This document shows positions 42,850 to 52,339 of a stretch of DNA of 64,000 nt, in pieces; the stretch's first letter is position 1, and each line of letters starts with the position of its first letter. The notes beneath the pieces are model-generated. The model searched no databases. It saw nothing but the letters and a program-made list of their open reading frames with translations, and was not told the DNA's origin. The DNA is taken from NCBI GenBank assembly GCA_963674735.2, contig CAXXQS010000002.1:1184001-1248000 (forward strand), given 5' to 3'. A program made the translations under genes and the position numbers. The stretch comes from Myxococcota bacterium. Lineage in GTDB: Bacteria; Myxococcota_A; SURF-8.

Positions 42850-45800
42850 ATGTTCGATTACACGAATTACGTCAGTCGAGGGAATGAAACCATGTGGCGT
42901 CTCCCTGAATGGATAAGCGTCGGGATTCTGACTTTGTTGGTGGGGTTGTTCACGCTGGGTTGCGATCCGATGAACAAGCTGGCCAATCTGGTGACGGGCG
43001 AGGGAGATTGCGAACGAGCGGTGGGGCATCTCGATGAATGTTGCCGGGACACCGCCTCCGCCAGCTACCCGGCCGCCTGTTCCGCCTTCAATGCCGGTGT
43101 CAGCGAAGCGCTTCTCAACTCCCTGATCATGGTCTGCGAGGAAGCGGGGGCCGAGTTCATAGGTGAGGACGGCGCACGTTTGTCCGCCTCCGATGCCGCC
43201 GGACTCGACTGCGAGTCGTTTCTGTCGAGACTGGAGGAGATTTACGGCTCCAGCGATGGCGACACGGATGGGGATGAGGATGGCGATACCGACGAATTTG
43301 AAATTCCCGAGCAGGAAACGGATGAGGATGTCGACGGGGATAAGCCCGCCTGCAATGAGGGGCAAGGTTGCGACGACAACGATCCTTGCACCGAAAATGA
43401 TATGTGTGAGGACGGCCTTTGCGAGGGATCGCCGCTCGATTGTAGTTCGTTTGAAGATCTCTGTAACGATGCGGCCTGCGTAAACGGTGCGTGTGTCAAA
43501 ACGCCGATCAACGATGGGGCGTCCTGTGGCGAGGGTCCCGACGCCTGTGTGCCGCTGGTCTGTCAACAGGGCGATTGCGTTCAGGAACCGCTGGCCGACG
43601 ACAGCCTCTGCAACGATGAAGATCCCTGTACACAAGACGACCATTGCGTGGAATCGGTTTGCACCGGAACGCCGAAAATCTGCGCCGACACGAATGCCTG
43701 TACCGCCGATTCCTGCGACAGTACGACCGGCGACTGCGTGTTCGACCCGGTCGCGATGAACAGTGAAAGCTGCAACGACAACGACGCCTGCACCGTTAAC
43801 GACGTTTGCGCGGCCGGAATCTGCGCCGGGGCGGCCAAGGATTGTTCCGGTTTGGACGACGCGTGCAACGAAGGCGTCTGCGGAGACGGCGGGATCTGCG
43901 AAAAGAGTCCGACCAACCAGGGGGGAAACTGCAACGACGGCAATCTCTGCACCGAAAACGACAGCTGCGATTCGGGTATCTGCGCCGGGACGGCGAAAGT
44001 CTGTGCCGACAGCGAGTTCTGCACCTCGGATTACTGCAATGAGGCGACCGGTTTGTGTGTTTTCAACGGGGATCTGATGGAAAACACGGGTTGCAACGAC
44101 AATGATGCCTGCACGGTGGGGGATCGCTGCACGGGTGGAAGCTGCGTGCCGACGGGGCCGAAAGATTGTAGCGCTTTCGATGACGACTGCAATGAAGGCG
44201 TTTGCAACGAAGGTACCTGCTCGGCCAGTCCGATCAATGAAGCGGGAGAGTGCAACGATAACAACAAGTGCACCTTGAACGATACCTGCGAACAAGGGGT
44301 GTGCGGCGGAGATGCGAAGAACTGCGACGACGGCAAGTTCTGCACCAGCGATTCCTGCGAGCCATCTTCCGGCAACTGCCTGAACAATCCCTTCCCCATG
44401 CAAGGGGAGGATTGCGACGACGAGGACGATTGCACCGTCGGTGACCGCTGTGTGAGCGGCGCGTGTCTGCCGACCGGTCCGCGGGATTGTTCGGCTTTCG
44501 CCGATGCCTGCAACGATGGTGTTTGCGAAGAGGGAAGCTGTTCGGCGCAGCCCAAAGAAGATCTGACGCCATGCAACGACAAAGATTCCTGTACGGTCGG
44601 TGATCGCTGCGTGAGCGGAGACTGCCTACCGACCGGTCCCCTGGACTGCAGCGCGTTTGACGACACCTGTAACGAAGGAGTGTGCAGCGGCGGCGTCTGC
44701 TCGGCCAGCCCAATCAACGAAGAAGGCGATTGCGATGACGAGGACGATTGCACGGTCGGTGATCGCTGCGTGAGCGGAGACTGCCTACCGACCGGTCCGC
44801 TGGACTGCAGCGCTTTCGACGACGCCTGCAACGAGGGTGTGTGCAGCGGCGGTACCTGTTCGGCCAGCCCAATCAACGAAGAGGGCGGCTGCGACGACGA
44901 GGATGATTGCACGGTGGGTGACCGCTGCGTGAGCGGCGACTGCCTGCCGACCGGTCCCCTGGACTGCAGCGCTTTCGACGACGCCTGCAACGAGGGTGTG
45001 TGCAGCGGCGGTGTCTGCTCGGCCAGCCCGATCAATGAGGCGGGCGAGTGCGACGATGACGATGATTGCACCATCGGTGATCGCTGCGTGAGCGGAGACT
45101 GCCTGCCGACCGGTCCCCTGGACTGCAGCGCGTTTGACGACACCTGCAACGAGGGTGTGTGCAGCGGTGGTGTCTGCTCGGCCAGCCCGATCAATGAGGC
45201 GGGCGAGTGCGACGATGACGATGATTGCACCATCGGTGATCGCTGCGTGAGCGGAGACTGCCTGCCGACCGGTCCGCTGGACTGCAGCGCTTTCGACGAC
45301 GCCTGCAACGAGGGTGTGTGCAGCGGCGGCGTCTGCTCGGCCAGCCCGATCAATGAGGATGGCGAATGCAACGATGACGATGATTGCACCATCGGTGATC
45401 GCTGCGTGAGCGGAGACTGCCTGCCGACCGGTCCGCTGGACTGCAGCGCTTTCGACGACGCCTGCAACGAGGGTGTGTGCAGCGGCGGCGTCTGCTCGGC
45501 CAGCCCGATCAATGAGGATGGCGAATGCAACGATGACGATGATTGCACCATCGGTGATCGCTGCGTGAGCGGCGACTGCCTCGGCGACGCCGTGGACTGC
45601 TCGGCGTTTTCGAACCAGTGCAACGACGGAATCTGTGTGGACAACCTGGGCGCGCCGCAGTGCGTGGCGGATCCGCTGCCGGAAGGCACGCCCTGCGACG
45701 ATACCGATCCGGGCACCTTCAACGACGCCTGCGACGAAACGGGCCTGTGCGCCGGCGACACGCTGCCGCAGAGCACCGACCCGACTTCCGGGCGGCTGGC

Positions 45801-48390
45801 ACTGACCCTGCCTGTCGAGGCCGGTCCACTGGTCGATACGGTCTGTATTCACGTCACGCTGAGTGGCGCGGATCTGTCGAGTGCGGGCGTGGAATTTACG
45901 AGTGCGGAAGGAACCCTGCTCGATCCGCCGCTGGCCGATCATCCGGCGGCCGTCTCACCGCTCGACATCGAACTCGAAAGCACGCAATTCGCAGGTGAGG
46001 AACGTGCGGGAGATTGGGTGCTCGAAGTTCAGGTAGACGACCCCGGCGTCCCGGCGACGGTCGACGTCTTCACCCTCGATTTCGCCGCCTGCCCGGTGAT
46101 CGACGGCGATATGGATGATGAACTGGAGCTTGAGGACGAGCTTGAGGATGAGTTGGAGCTTGAAGACGAAATCGAAGCCGAGCCTGAAACCGACGGCGAT
46201 GCGGAGGTTGAAACCGAGACCGGCCCTTTTTTCGTTCCCATTGAGGCGGGGTCTTTCTGGATGGGCAGCCCTAGCGGTTGCCCGGGACCGGACGGTTATC
46301 CCGGCGATTGCACGGCCGAGTTGGGGCGAGAATCGGACGAGACGCTGCATTACGTGGAGTTGACCTATGACTTCGAGTTGATGACTACGGAGGTTACGCA
46401 GGGCCAGTGGCGTGCTGTTGCCCAAGCGGAAGGTTGGGGCGAAGACCCGAGCTACTATTCTGCTTGTGGCGACGACTGTCCGGTGGAACTCGTAAGCTGG
46501 TTTGAGGTATTGGAATACGCCAATGCGTTAAGTCGAAATGCTGGACTGACGGAATGTTACGTTCTTTCTGGTTGCACGGGGACCATCGGTTCGGGATGTG
46601 GCGGCAACTATTACTGCTATGACGGTTATAGCTGTACGACCGTGAGCTTGAACGGTGTGACGAAACCGCAGGACTGTGAAGGGTACAGATTGCCGACAGA
46701 AGCGGAGTGGGAATATTCGATCCGAGCAGGAACGACAACAGCGTTTTATAATGGTGGGATAACCCAACAATACCGAGATCCGTTAGATCCCAATCTGGAT
46801 GAAATCGGGTGGTATGGCGGCAATTCGGGAGTTGACTATTCTGGAGGGTGGAACTGTAGTGGCTGGTATCCGGGTTCAACGACTTGCGGCACCCATCCTG
46901 TAGCGTCTAAAGCACCCAACGCCTGGGGTTTGTATGACATGAGCGGCAACCTTTGGGAGTGGACCTGGGACTGGTATCAGAGTGCGTATCAGAACGATTT
47001 AGATACTGACCCAATAGGACCGAGTACAGGCTCGTACCGCGTCGATCGTGGCGGCAGTTGGGGCCACTACGCGTGGTACTGCCGGTCGGCGGGCCGTCTT
47101 TACTACTCGCCCGGCGCTCGCAGCAACCGCGTCGGTGCCCGTCTCTGTAGGTCGATTTCGGGCGGCACGCCCGACGGTGACATGGATGAAGAACTGGAGC
47201 TCGACGACGAGCTTGAACTCGAAATCGAACAGGAAGAGGAAATCGACGGCGACGCGGACGAAGAATTTGAGCTTGAGGACGAGCTTGAGGACGACCTCGA
47301 CATCGAGTGGGAAAACGACCTCGACACCGACGGCGATGCGGAGCTTGAGGACACCGAGTTCATTTACGCCACCGGCTTCTGCGACACCAACCTCTGCTGG
47401 CCCGTCCTGCCCACCAACCAGGACGGCTGCTTCAGCACGTCGAGTTCCATCACCTGCCCCGACACGGCGGGTTCGGAAACCTGTGGAACAACCGATTACT
47501 GCGGCCAGGACGCGCAGTATTCCCACAACTCGCGCACCTTCGACTGTTACGACGCCCTCGGGGCGCTGCAAGACCCCTGCGACGAAACCGCCGACGTCGA
47601 CGAGGTAGTGGTCGATACCTTCACCGGCCTGATGTGGCAGCGCCAGCTACCCACACTTTACGACGGCTGCACGGGCGGCACCACCAGCGGAACCTACTGC
47701 AAATGGCAGGAGGCGCTCGATTACTGCGACGGGCTGGACTACGGCGGCTATCAGGACTGGCGGCTGCCTGCGCCGCACGAACTCTACAGCCTCATGGACG
47801 CCGCGACGCGCGGCGTCGCCATCGATCTGGACGTGTTCGTAGGGACGCCCATGACGCTTTTCTGGACCTCCGCGCCCTACGCCGGCAGTTCCTCGAATGC
47901 GTGGTACGTCAATTTCTCGCGGGGCATCGTCGACTATACGAGCAAAACGTATACGAGCAAGGCCCGCTGCGTCCGCGGCGGCCCGGCGGAATCGGACGCC
48001 CCGGCAAGCGAGCGCTGGGTGGTGTCGGGCGAAGTGGACGAAGAGATCGTGACGGATCGGCTCACCGGCCTGATCTGGCAGAAAACCATCCCGGCGAGTC
48101 GATACTGGACGGAAGCCCTGGCTTACTGCGAAAGCCTTACTTACGCCGGGCGCAGCGACTGGCGCTTGCCGACGGCACACGAGCTGCAAAGCCTGGTCGA
48201 TTACGGGTTGGACCATCCGGCCTCGACGCTGCCCGGCATGGCGTCCTCCACCGTGTTCTGGTCTTCGACCACCAGCGTGGACTACGCCGATACGGCCTAT
48301 TACATGCGCGTGTCCAGCGGTGGGTTGGGCGACACTTACGACAAGACCATCAATCAGTACTGGCCGCGCTGCGTCACCGGCGGGCCGTAA
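42850..48390 (+). CDS. Giant modular lipoprotein: Cys-rich repeats, P-proprotein-like domain, FGE/SUMF1-type domain, two DUF1566/Lcl-type domains
   Basis: TLGC lipobox; CNDxxxCT repeats; RLPTEAEWEY and NAWGLYDMSGNLWEW; TGLMWQ/TGLIWQ..DWRLP twice. Confidence 0.92.
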   Translation: MFDYTNYVSRGNETMWRLPEWISVGILTLLVGLFTLGCDPMNKLANLVTGEGDCERAVGHLDECCRDTASASYPAACSAFNAGVSEALLNSLIMVCEEAGAEFIGEDGARLSASDAAGLDCESFLSRLEEIYGSSDGDTDGDEDGDTDEFEIPEQETDEDVDGDKPACNEGQGCDDNDPCTENDMCEDGLCEGSPLDCSSFEDLCNDAACVNGACVKTPINDGASCGEGPDACVPLVCQQGDCVQEPLADDSLCNDEDPCTQDDHCVESVCTGTPKICADTNACTADSCDSTTGDCVFDPVAMNSESCNDNDACTVNDVCAAGICAGAAKDCSGLDDACNEGVCGDGGICEKSPTNQGGNCNDGNLCTENDSCDSGICAGTAKVCADSEFCTSDYCNEATGLCVFNGDLMENTGCNDNDACTVGDRCTGGSCVPTGPKDCSAFDDDCNEGVCNEGTCSASPINEAGECNDNNKCTLNDTCEQGVCGGDAKNCDDGKFCTSDSCEPSSGNCLNNPFPMQGEDCDDEDDCTVGDRCVSGACLPTGPRDCSAFADACNDGVCEEGSCSAQPKEDLTPCNDKDSCTVGDRCVSGDCLPTGPLDCSAFDDTCNEGVCSGGVCSASPINEEGDCDDEDDCTVGDRCVSGDCLPTGPLDCSAFDDACNEGVCSGGTCSASPINEEGGCDDEDDCTVGDRCVSGDCLPTGPLDCSAFDDACNEGVCSGGVCSASPINEAGECDDDDDCTIGDRCVSGDCLPTGPLDCSAFDDTCNEGVCSGGVCSASPINEAGECDDDDDCTIGDRCVSGDCLPTGPLDCSAFDDACNEGVCSGGVCSASPINEDGECNDDDDCTIGDRCVSGDCLPTGPLDCSAFDDACNEGVCSGGVCSASPINEDGECNDDDDCTIGDRCVSGDCLGDAVDCSAFSNQCNDGICVDNLGAPQCVADPLPEGTPCDDTDPGTFNDACDETGLCAGDTLPQSTDPTSGRLALTLPVEAGPLVDTVCIHVTLSGADLSSAGVEFTSAEGTLLDPPLADHPAAVSPLDIELESTQFAGEERAGDWVLEVQVDDPGVPATVDVFTLDFAACPVIDGDMDDELELEDELEDELELEDEIEAEPETDGDAEVETETGPFFVPIEAGSFWMGSPSGCPGPDGYPGDCTAELGRESDETLHYVELTYDFELMTTEVTQGQWRAVAQAEGWGEDPSYYSACGDDCPVELVSWFEVLEYANALSRNAGLTECYVLSGCTGTIGSGCGGNYYCYDGYSCTTVSLNGVTKPQDCEGYRLPTEAEWEYSIRAGTTTAFYNGGITQQYRDPLDPNLDEIGWYGGNSGVDYSGGWNCSGWYPGSTTCGTHPVASKAPNAWGLYDMSGNLWEWTWDWYQSAYQNDLDTDPIGPSTGSYRVDRGGSWGHYAWYCRSAGRLYYSPGARSNRVGARLCRSISGGTPDGDMDEELELDDELELEIEQEEEIDGDADEEFELEDELEDDLDIEWENDLDTDGDAELEDTEFIYATGFCDTNLCWPVLPTNQDGCFSTSSSITCPDTAGSETCGTTDYCGQDAQYSHNSRTFDCYDALGALQDPCDETADVDEVVVDTFTGLMWQRQLPTLYDGCTGGTTSGTYCKWQEALDYCDGLDYGGYQDWRLPAPHELYSLMDAATRGVAIDLDVFVGTPMTLFWTSAPYAGSSSNAWYVNFSRGIVDYTSKTYTSKARCVRGGPAESDAPASERWVVSGEVDEEIVTDRLTGLIWQKTIPASRYWTEALAYCESLTYAGRSDWRLPTAHELQSLVDYGLDHPASTLPGMASSTVFWSSTTSVDYADTAYYMRVSSGGLGDTYDKTINQYWPRCVTGGP
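44413..45580 (+). repeat. 159-bp (53-aa) tandem repeat, 7 full units plus a partial unit
   Basis: Units start at 44413, 44572, 44731, 44890, 45049, 45208, 45367 and 45526. Confidence 0.95.
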
Positions 48391-48412
48391 GGGCGTGAGA
48401 ATTTCCCACCCA

Positions 48413-49486
48413 TCACGAAAGAATCGGTAGATCCGAGCGGCATCCGGCGGCGGGGGCCATGTACGTCAACCTGTCGGTGAAATGCGTCGCCGGTTCAGAT
48501 CCGAGGCAGACCGCTGCGGTAAGGGTTGCGCGGTCGCAATCCGCATACGTATCGAGTGCCCAGATCGCCTGGAACTGCTCGGGTTTCCCGATCAGGGCGA
48601 CGCCCTCGTTTCCGGCAACGGCATCCAAGGTCTGTTTGGCGTCGAAGCTTCGCATCAGCAGCGTGCGTTTACCCCAGAACACGGCGCTCGCCAACTGGCC
48701 GAGCAACCCCAGATCGTAGGCCGGTAAATTGGCGATAATGCAGGCCGCGTCTTCCAAACCGATGGCCCCGATCAGCATGTTGGAATACGAGATGCTTCGA
48801 TGAGACAGCGTGTGTAGGGTTGGCTTTTTCTCTGTTCGGGTGACCAGCTGCGCCACAGCCGGATCGTCTTCATCGATTTCCATGCCACGCATCGTGAAGC
48901 GATTCAGGACGTCCGAATCCATCCCCTTTTCATACTCCGCTTTCGCAAATATCCGTGCGTCCTCGATAAAGCTTTCACCCGCGATGCAACCGGCGGGCGG
49001 GTCGGCGGTGCCGAAACAGATCAGAGTTTCAAGTGCCGGGCAGGCCGCTTTTAAGTTGTCTGCAAAGTCGGGTTCACGGGAGGGCAGGTCGCCCTCGATC
49101 GCGCAGGCCTTGACCGTGAGCTCGGCCACCGCATCCGCAAGCATTTGGAGATCGGTTTGAGGGTTCAAAACCAGGTATAGAGCGCCGATTTTCAAGCAAC
49201 TGTAGGCCAAGAGCGCCTGCTCCGCCTGCATCGGCAAATAGGAGGCAAACACATCGCCTTTCTCGAATCCCAGATCGATGAGTTTGGCGGCAATGGCCGT
49301 GGTCGTCTGTTCGAATTCTTGCCAGGTGTACGACACCCCGCCGACGGCATCGGTCAAGGCGATTGCCTGCGGTTGGGTTTCCGCTTGGTTGGCCAAGGCC
49401 TCGTCGAGCAGGTGGCGGTCGGCAAAGTCTCGTTCGTAGTTGTCCCGGGTCAATTCCGTCCATCCGTTTTGATTGGAGCGTGTCAT
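48413..49486 (-). CDS. Truncated, degenerate AMP-binding (acyl-CoA synthetase-like) protein
   Basis: N-terminal adenylation-domain pattern (SYTWQEF, LGFEKGD, LKIGA) with a degraded P-loop and no C-terminal part. Confidence 0.65.
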   Translation of the reverse strand: MTRSNQNGWTELTRDNYERDFADRHLLDEALANQAETQPQAIALTDAVGGVSYTWQEFEQTTTAIAAKLIDLGFEKGDVFASYLPMQAEQALLAYSCLKIGALYLVLNPQTDLQMLADAVAELTVKACAIEGDLPSREPDFADNLKAACPALETLICFGTADPPAGCIAGESFIEDARIFAKAEYEKGMDSDVLNRFTMRGMEIDEDDPAVAQLVTRTEKKPTLHTLSHRSISYSNMLIGAIGLEDAACIIANLPAYDLGLLGQLASAVFWGKRTLLMRSFDAKQTLDAVAGNEGVALIGKPEQFQAIWALDTYADCDRATLTAAVCLGSEPATHFTDRLTYMAPAAGCRSDLPILS

Positions 49487-49684
49487 CTGCAACCTCCGTA
49501 GTACGAATCGTCACGTGTCAGATCCGACTGTACCAAATAACCGACAATAAACAAGTAAAAGTATGAAATATGCTTTTCAGGGTCGGAATCCGGCTCTTTT
49601 CTTACCCCTTGCCTTGTTCTTCGACTTCTGTTAGCTTACATTCAGTGTAGGATTTGACTTCACCCCGTAGGCAAGGAGGCGAAC

Positions 49685-50635
49685 ATGCCCCGGTACGGTC
49701 GTTTTATCGGATCGCTTCTCGTGTGGGCGACGTTGATCGCCTTGACTGTCATGGCCTGCAGTGCGGCCGATCTCCATCGTAAACGCGCCGATCGCTTTTT
49801 CACGCGCGGCTTGTATGCCAAGGCGTTACCCGAATACCGATCCGTTATGGAGAAAGCCGGTCCGAGCTTCGACGTGCACTATTCCGTGGGTGTTTGCCAT
49901 CTCAGGTTGAAGGAATATGCGGCTGCTTGCGAGGCCTTCGAACAGGCACGGGCGCTGCAGCCGGACTTCCCCGATACCTATGCGCATCTGGCGGCCTGCT
50001 ACGGCGGGCAGAAGCGGATGGACAAGGCCACCGCTGCCTGGGAGGCGTTGCTGGCAATCAGTCCCGAGCATGTGCAGGCCAACCTGGAGCTGGGGGGTAT
50101 TTATTACGACCAGGGACGCTACAGCGACGCCGAGAAGTGCTATCGTGCTTACCTGAAGCAAAAACCCGACGATGTGGCCTTGCGGTCGTCCTTGGGCGCC
50201 TCGTTGATCGCCCAAAAGCGTTACGAGGGAGCGATTCAGGAACTGAAGACGGCGTTGGCCGTCAATCCGAAGTATCTTTCGGCCCATTACAATCTGGGGG
50301 TGGCCTATCTGTCGGCGGGCCGAACCGACGACGCCCTGCGTTCGTTCATCGTGGTCACCGAAATGTCGCCCGCCTACCAGGAAGGCTGGGTCAATCTGGC
50401 GGCCACCTATTGCCGCCAAGGTGATGGACTTCGCGCCATCGATGCCTTGGCGCGCGCCAAAGAAAACGGGTTCACCGATTGGGCGCGCATCGAAAAAGAT
50501 GGGGATTTCAGAATCATCGTCAACCATCTGCGCTACCGTGAACTCAAGCTGGGGCGGCCCATCGAGAGTGAGGAAGAAGCAGTTCCGGTGGACGATCCCG
50601 ATACGGCGAAAAATGGTGAAGCGAAAAGCGAGTGA
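49685..50635 (+). CDS. TPR repeat lipoprotein
   Basis: AAGGAGG RBS; VMAC lipobox; about 7 TPRs (AHYNLGVAY). Confidence 0.88.
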   Translation: MPRYGRFIGSLLVWATLIALTVMACSAADLHRKRADRFFTRGLYAKALPEYRSVMEKAGPSFDVHYSVGVCHLRLKEYAAACEAFEQARALQPDFPDTYAHLAACYGGQKRMDKATAAWEALLAISPEHVQANLELGGIYYDQGRYSDAEKCYRAYLKQKPDDVALRSSLGASLIAQKRYEGAIQELKTALAVNPKYLSAHYNLGVAYLSAGRTDDALRSFIVVTEMSPAYQEGWVNLAATYCRQGDGLRAIDALARAKENGFTDWARIEKDGDFRIIVNHLRYRELKLGRPIESEEEAVPVDDPDTAKNGEAKSE

Positions 50636-50729
50636 CCCTTTTTCTCCATTGTGTGAAATAATTTCCAATGTCGTGGGAATCATTTGTGGCGTTTGGTGCT
50701 CTCTCCACTTGTGAAAGGAGAGTGCCGCC

Positions 50730-50873
50730 ATGCCTCATCAACGTCCCTTACGTCCTCGTGCCGCTGTTTTTACCGCTGCCCATGAAGCCGCCGTTATCCG
50801 TCTGGCCTTTGCCGCGATTACGGGTTCCGGCGTCGCTCTGGCTTTCATCATCCTTTGGCGATTGGCTCTTTAA
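50730..50873 (+). CDS. Candidate 47-aa single-pass membrane peptide (below the ORF track cutoff)
   Basis: AAGGAG 9 nt upstream; MPHQRPLRPRAAVFTAAHEAAVIRLAFAAITGSGVALAFIILWRLAL. Confidence 0.55.
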   Translation: MPHQRPLRPRAAVFTAAHEAAVIRLAFAAITGSGVALAFIILWRLAL

Positions 50874-51080
50874 TCTGAGTGATTACAGGGCTGTCTTCTA
50901 CCCCTTTCTCTGGCCGTCGTCCCTTAAAATTCTTGCGCCTTTTAAGCAAGCGTGCTAACCATAGTGAGATGAATTCTGTGGTTAAAGCGCGTTTTTAGGT
51001 CATCCAGCCGACAGGGAGGTTTGCAATAAGTATGGCCGGGTTGATCGAAGGGACGCTTCCGCGATGAAGGGGAGATATCC

Positions 51081-52193
51081 ATGAGAACATTCGGTTTGCA
51101 CTTATTTCTCGCGTTTGTGTTATTCATGACGGCCTGCGCCTCCGGTGACGTTAAGAATGACCCCAAAGGGGATGGTGCCGCAAAGGCGGCCATAGCGGGG
51201 GATGATGGTAACAAGGTCAATGTCTTGTTCCGCGAACTGGAACATTTCATCGGCGAGCGCTATTTCGATATCGATTCAAAACCCATTATCAAGGTTTTCA
51301 TGCGCGATGTGTCGGTAACGGGCACCGAGGAAGCCTTCGGAGCCTACATCAAAGTGCTGATCAACGAGCGCTTTGAGAAAGCCCCGCAATTTGAGTTGGT
51401 GGATACGCCCGATACGGATGTGGATGCCATTGTGGGCGTTCATGTTATTCCGCACAGAGATACGGCCGGTTTCGATGTCCTCAACACCGTCATCGAACCC
51501 TCCCAGGATTCGGTCGTTTTCGCCTCGCTTCACGACAGCCGCCTCGACGAGTTCGAGCCGGATATGTATGTCTACTTCAAGCAGCGCAATTGGCGCGAAC
51601 TGGTGAAGCCCTCCATTTCCCATCTGACCGTCAAAGCGATCATCCAGGGAAAGAGCATCAAGGAAAAAGACCGCTACGGCAAAACCACCACCGTCGGGGG
51701 GGCGGCTTCCTGGGGCAGCAGCGGCAGCAGCTCACGCGGGGAAGGCTCCAGCAGCTACAGTTCCAAAGGGGGAATGGCCTATAGCGGATCTAAAACCGAA
51801 AGCTACGGCAAAGTCGATATGGGGTTCAACTCCTGGTATCCGGCCGAGATCGAACTGGTTGTCAACAACAAACCCTACACCAAAGACCAGGAAGGCATGT
51901 TCTTCAATGGGACGGTCAAGCCCGGGCGTTACGAGTTTATCGCCTCCTTCAAAGAAGGCATGTGGGACGCCTACAACCGTTACCAAAGCGTGGGTAAACG
52001 TCATCGGAAAAAGGCCTTGGTAGCCGTACGCAAAGGGGAGCATTTCCTGATCGATATCTTTTTCAACTACGACGGCGAGACTTACGAACCCGGCGAAAAG
52101 GATATCGTGTTCAAGGCTTACAAGCTGGAACTGGTCAATAATCAGATGAAGAAGATTCCAGTCAAGATCACCGAGATCGAAATGTATTATTGA
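51081..52193 (+). CDS. Hypothetical lipoprotein
   Basis: GGAG RBS; MTAC lipobox; Gly/Ser-rich internal segment; own terminator. Confidence 0.8.
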   Translation: MRTFGLHLFLAFVLFMTACASGDVKNDPKGDGAAKAAIAGDDGNKVNVLFRELEHFIGERYFDIDSKPIIKVFMRDVSVTGTEEAFGAYIKVLINERFEKAPQFELVDTPDTDVDAIVGVHVIPHRDTAGFDVLNTVIEPSQDSVVFASLHDSRLDEFEPDMYVYFKQRNWRELVKPSISHLTVKAIIQGKSIKEKDRYGKTTTVGGAASWGSSGSSSRGEGSSSYSSKGGMAYSGSKTESYGKVDMGFNSWYPAEIELVVNNKPYTKDQEGMFFNGTVKPGRYEFIASFKEGMWDAYNRYQSVGKRHRKKALVAVRKGEHFLIDIFFNYDGETYEPGEKDIVFKAYKLELVNNQMKKIPVKITEIEMYY

Positions 52194-52224
52194 TTTCGAT
52201 TCGCTGTCACAAGCCGATTGATCG

Positions 52225-52249
52225 ACGCGGGGTTCGCCCCGCGTTTTTT
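52225..52249 (+). terminator. Intrinsic terminator
   Basis: ACGCGGGG-TTCG-CCCCGCGT then T run. Confidence 0.88.
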
Positions 52250-52339
52250 ATTATTTTCAGATGTGAAAACGCGCAAAAAAGGTTCTAATCCCAAAACCGG
52301 GGGGCAGAACGAATCAGAAGAAATCCACAAGGCCCACCA

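Noticed and set aside
44413-45580. Possible CRISPR array
   Set aside because: Contiguous in-frame coding repeats with no unique spacers and no cas genes
42829-45942. Long minus-strand ORFs of 524, 581 and 385 aa
   Set aside because: Antisense shadows of the repetitive giant lipoprotein gene
47860-48390. DUF1566 C termini as active DGR variable repeats
   Set aside because: Several variable-position codons end in G (tcg, cgg, acg, ggg), which does not fit AAC/AAT templates
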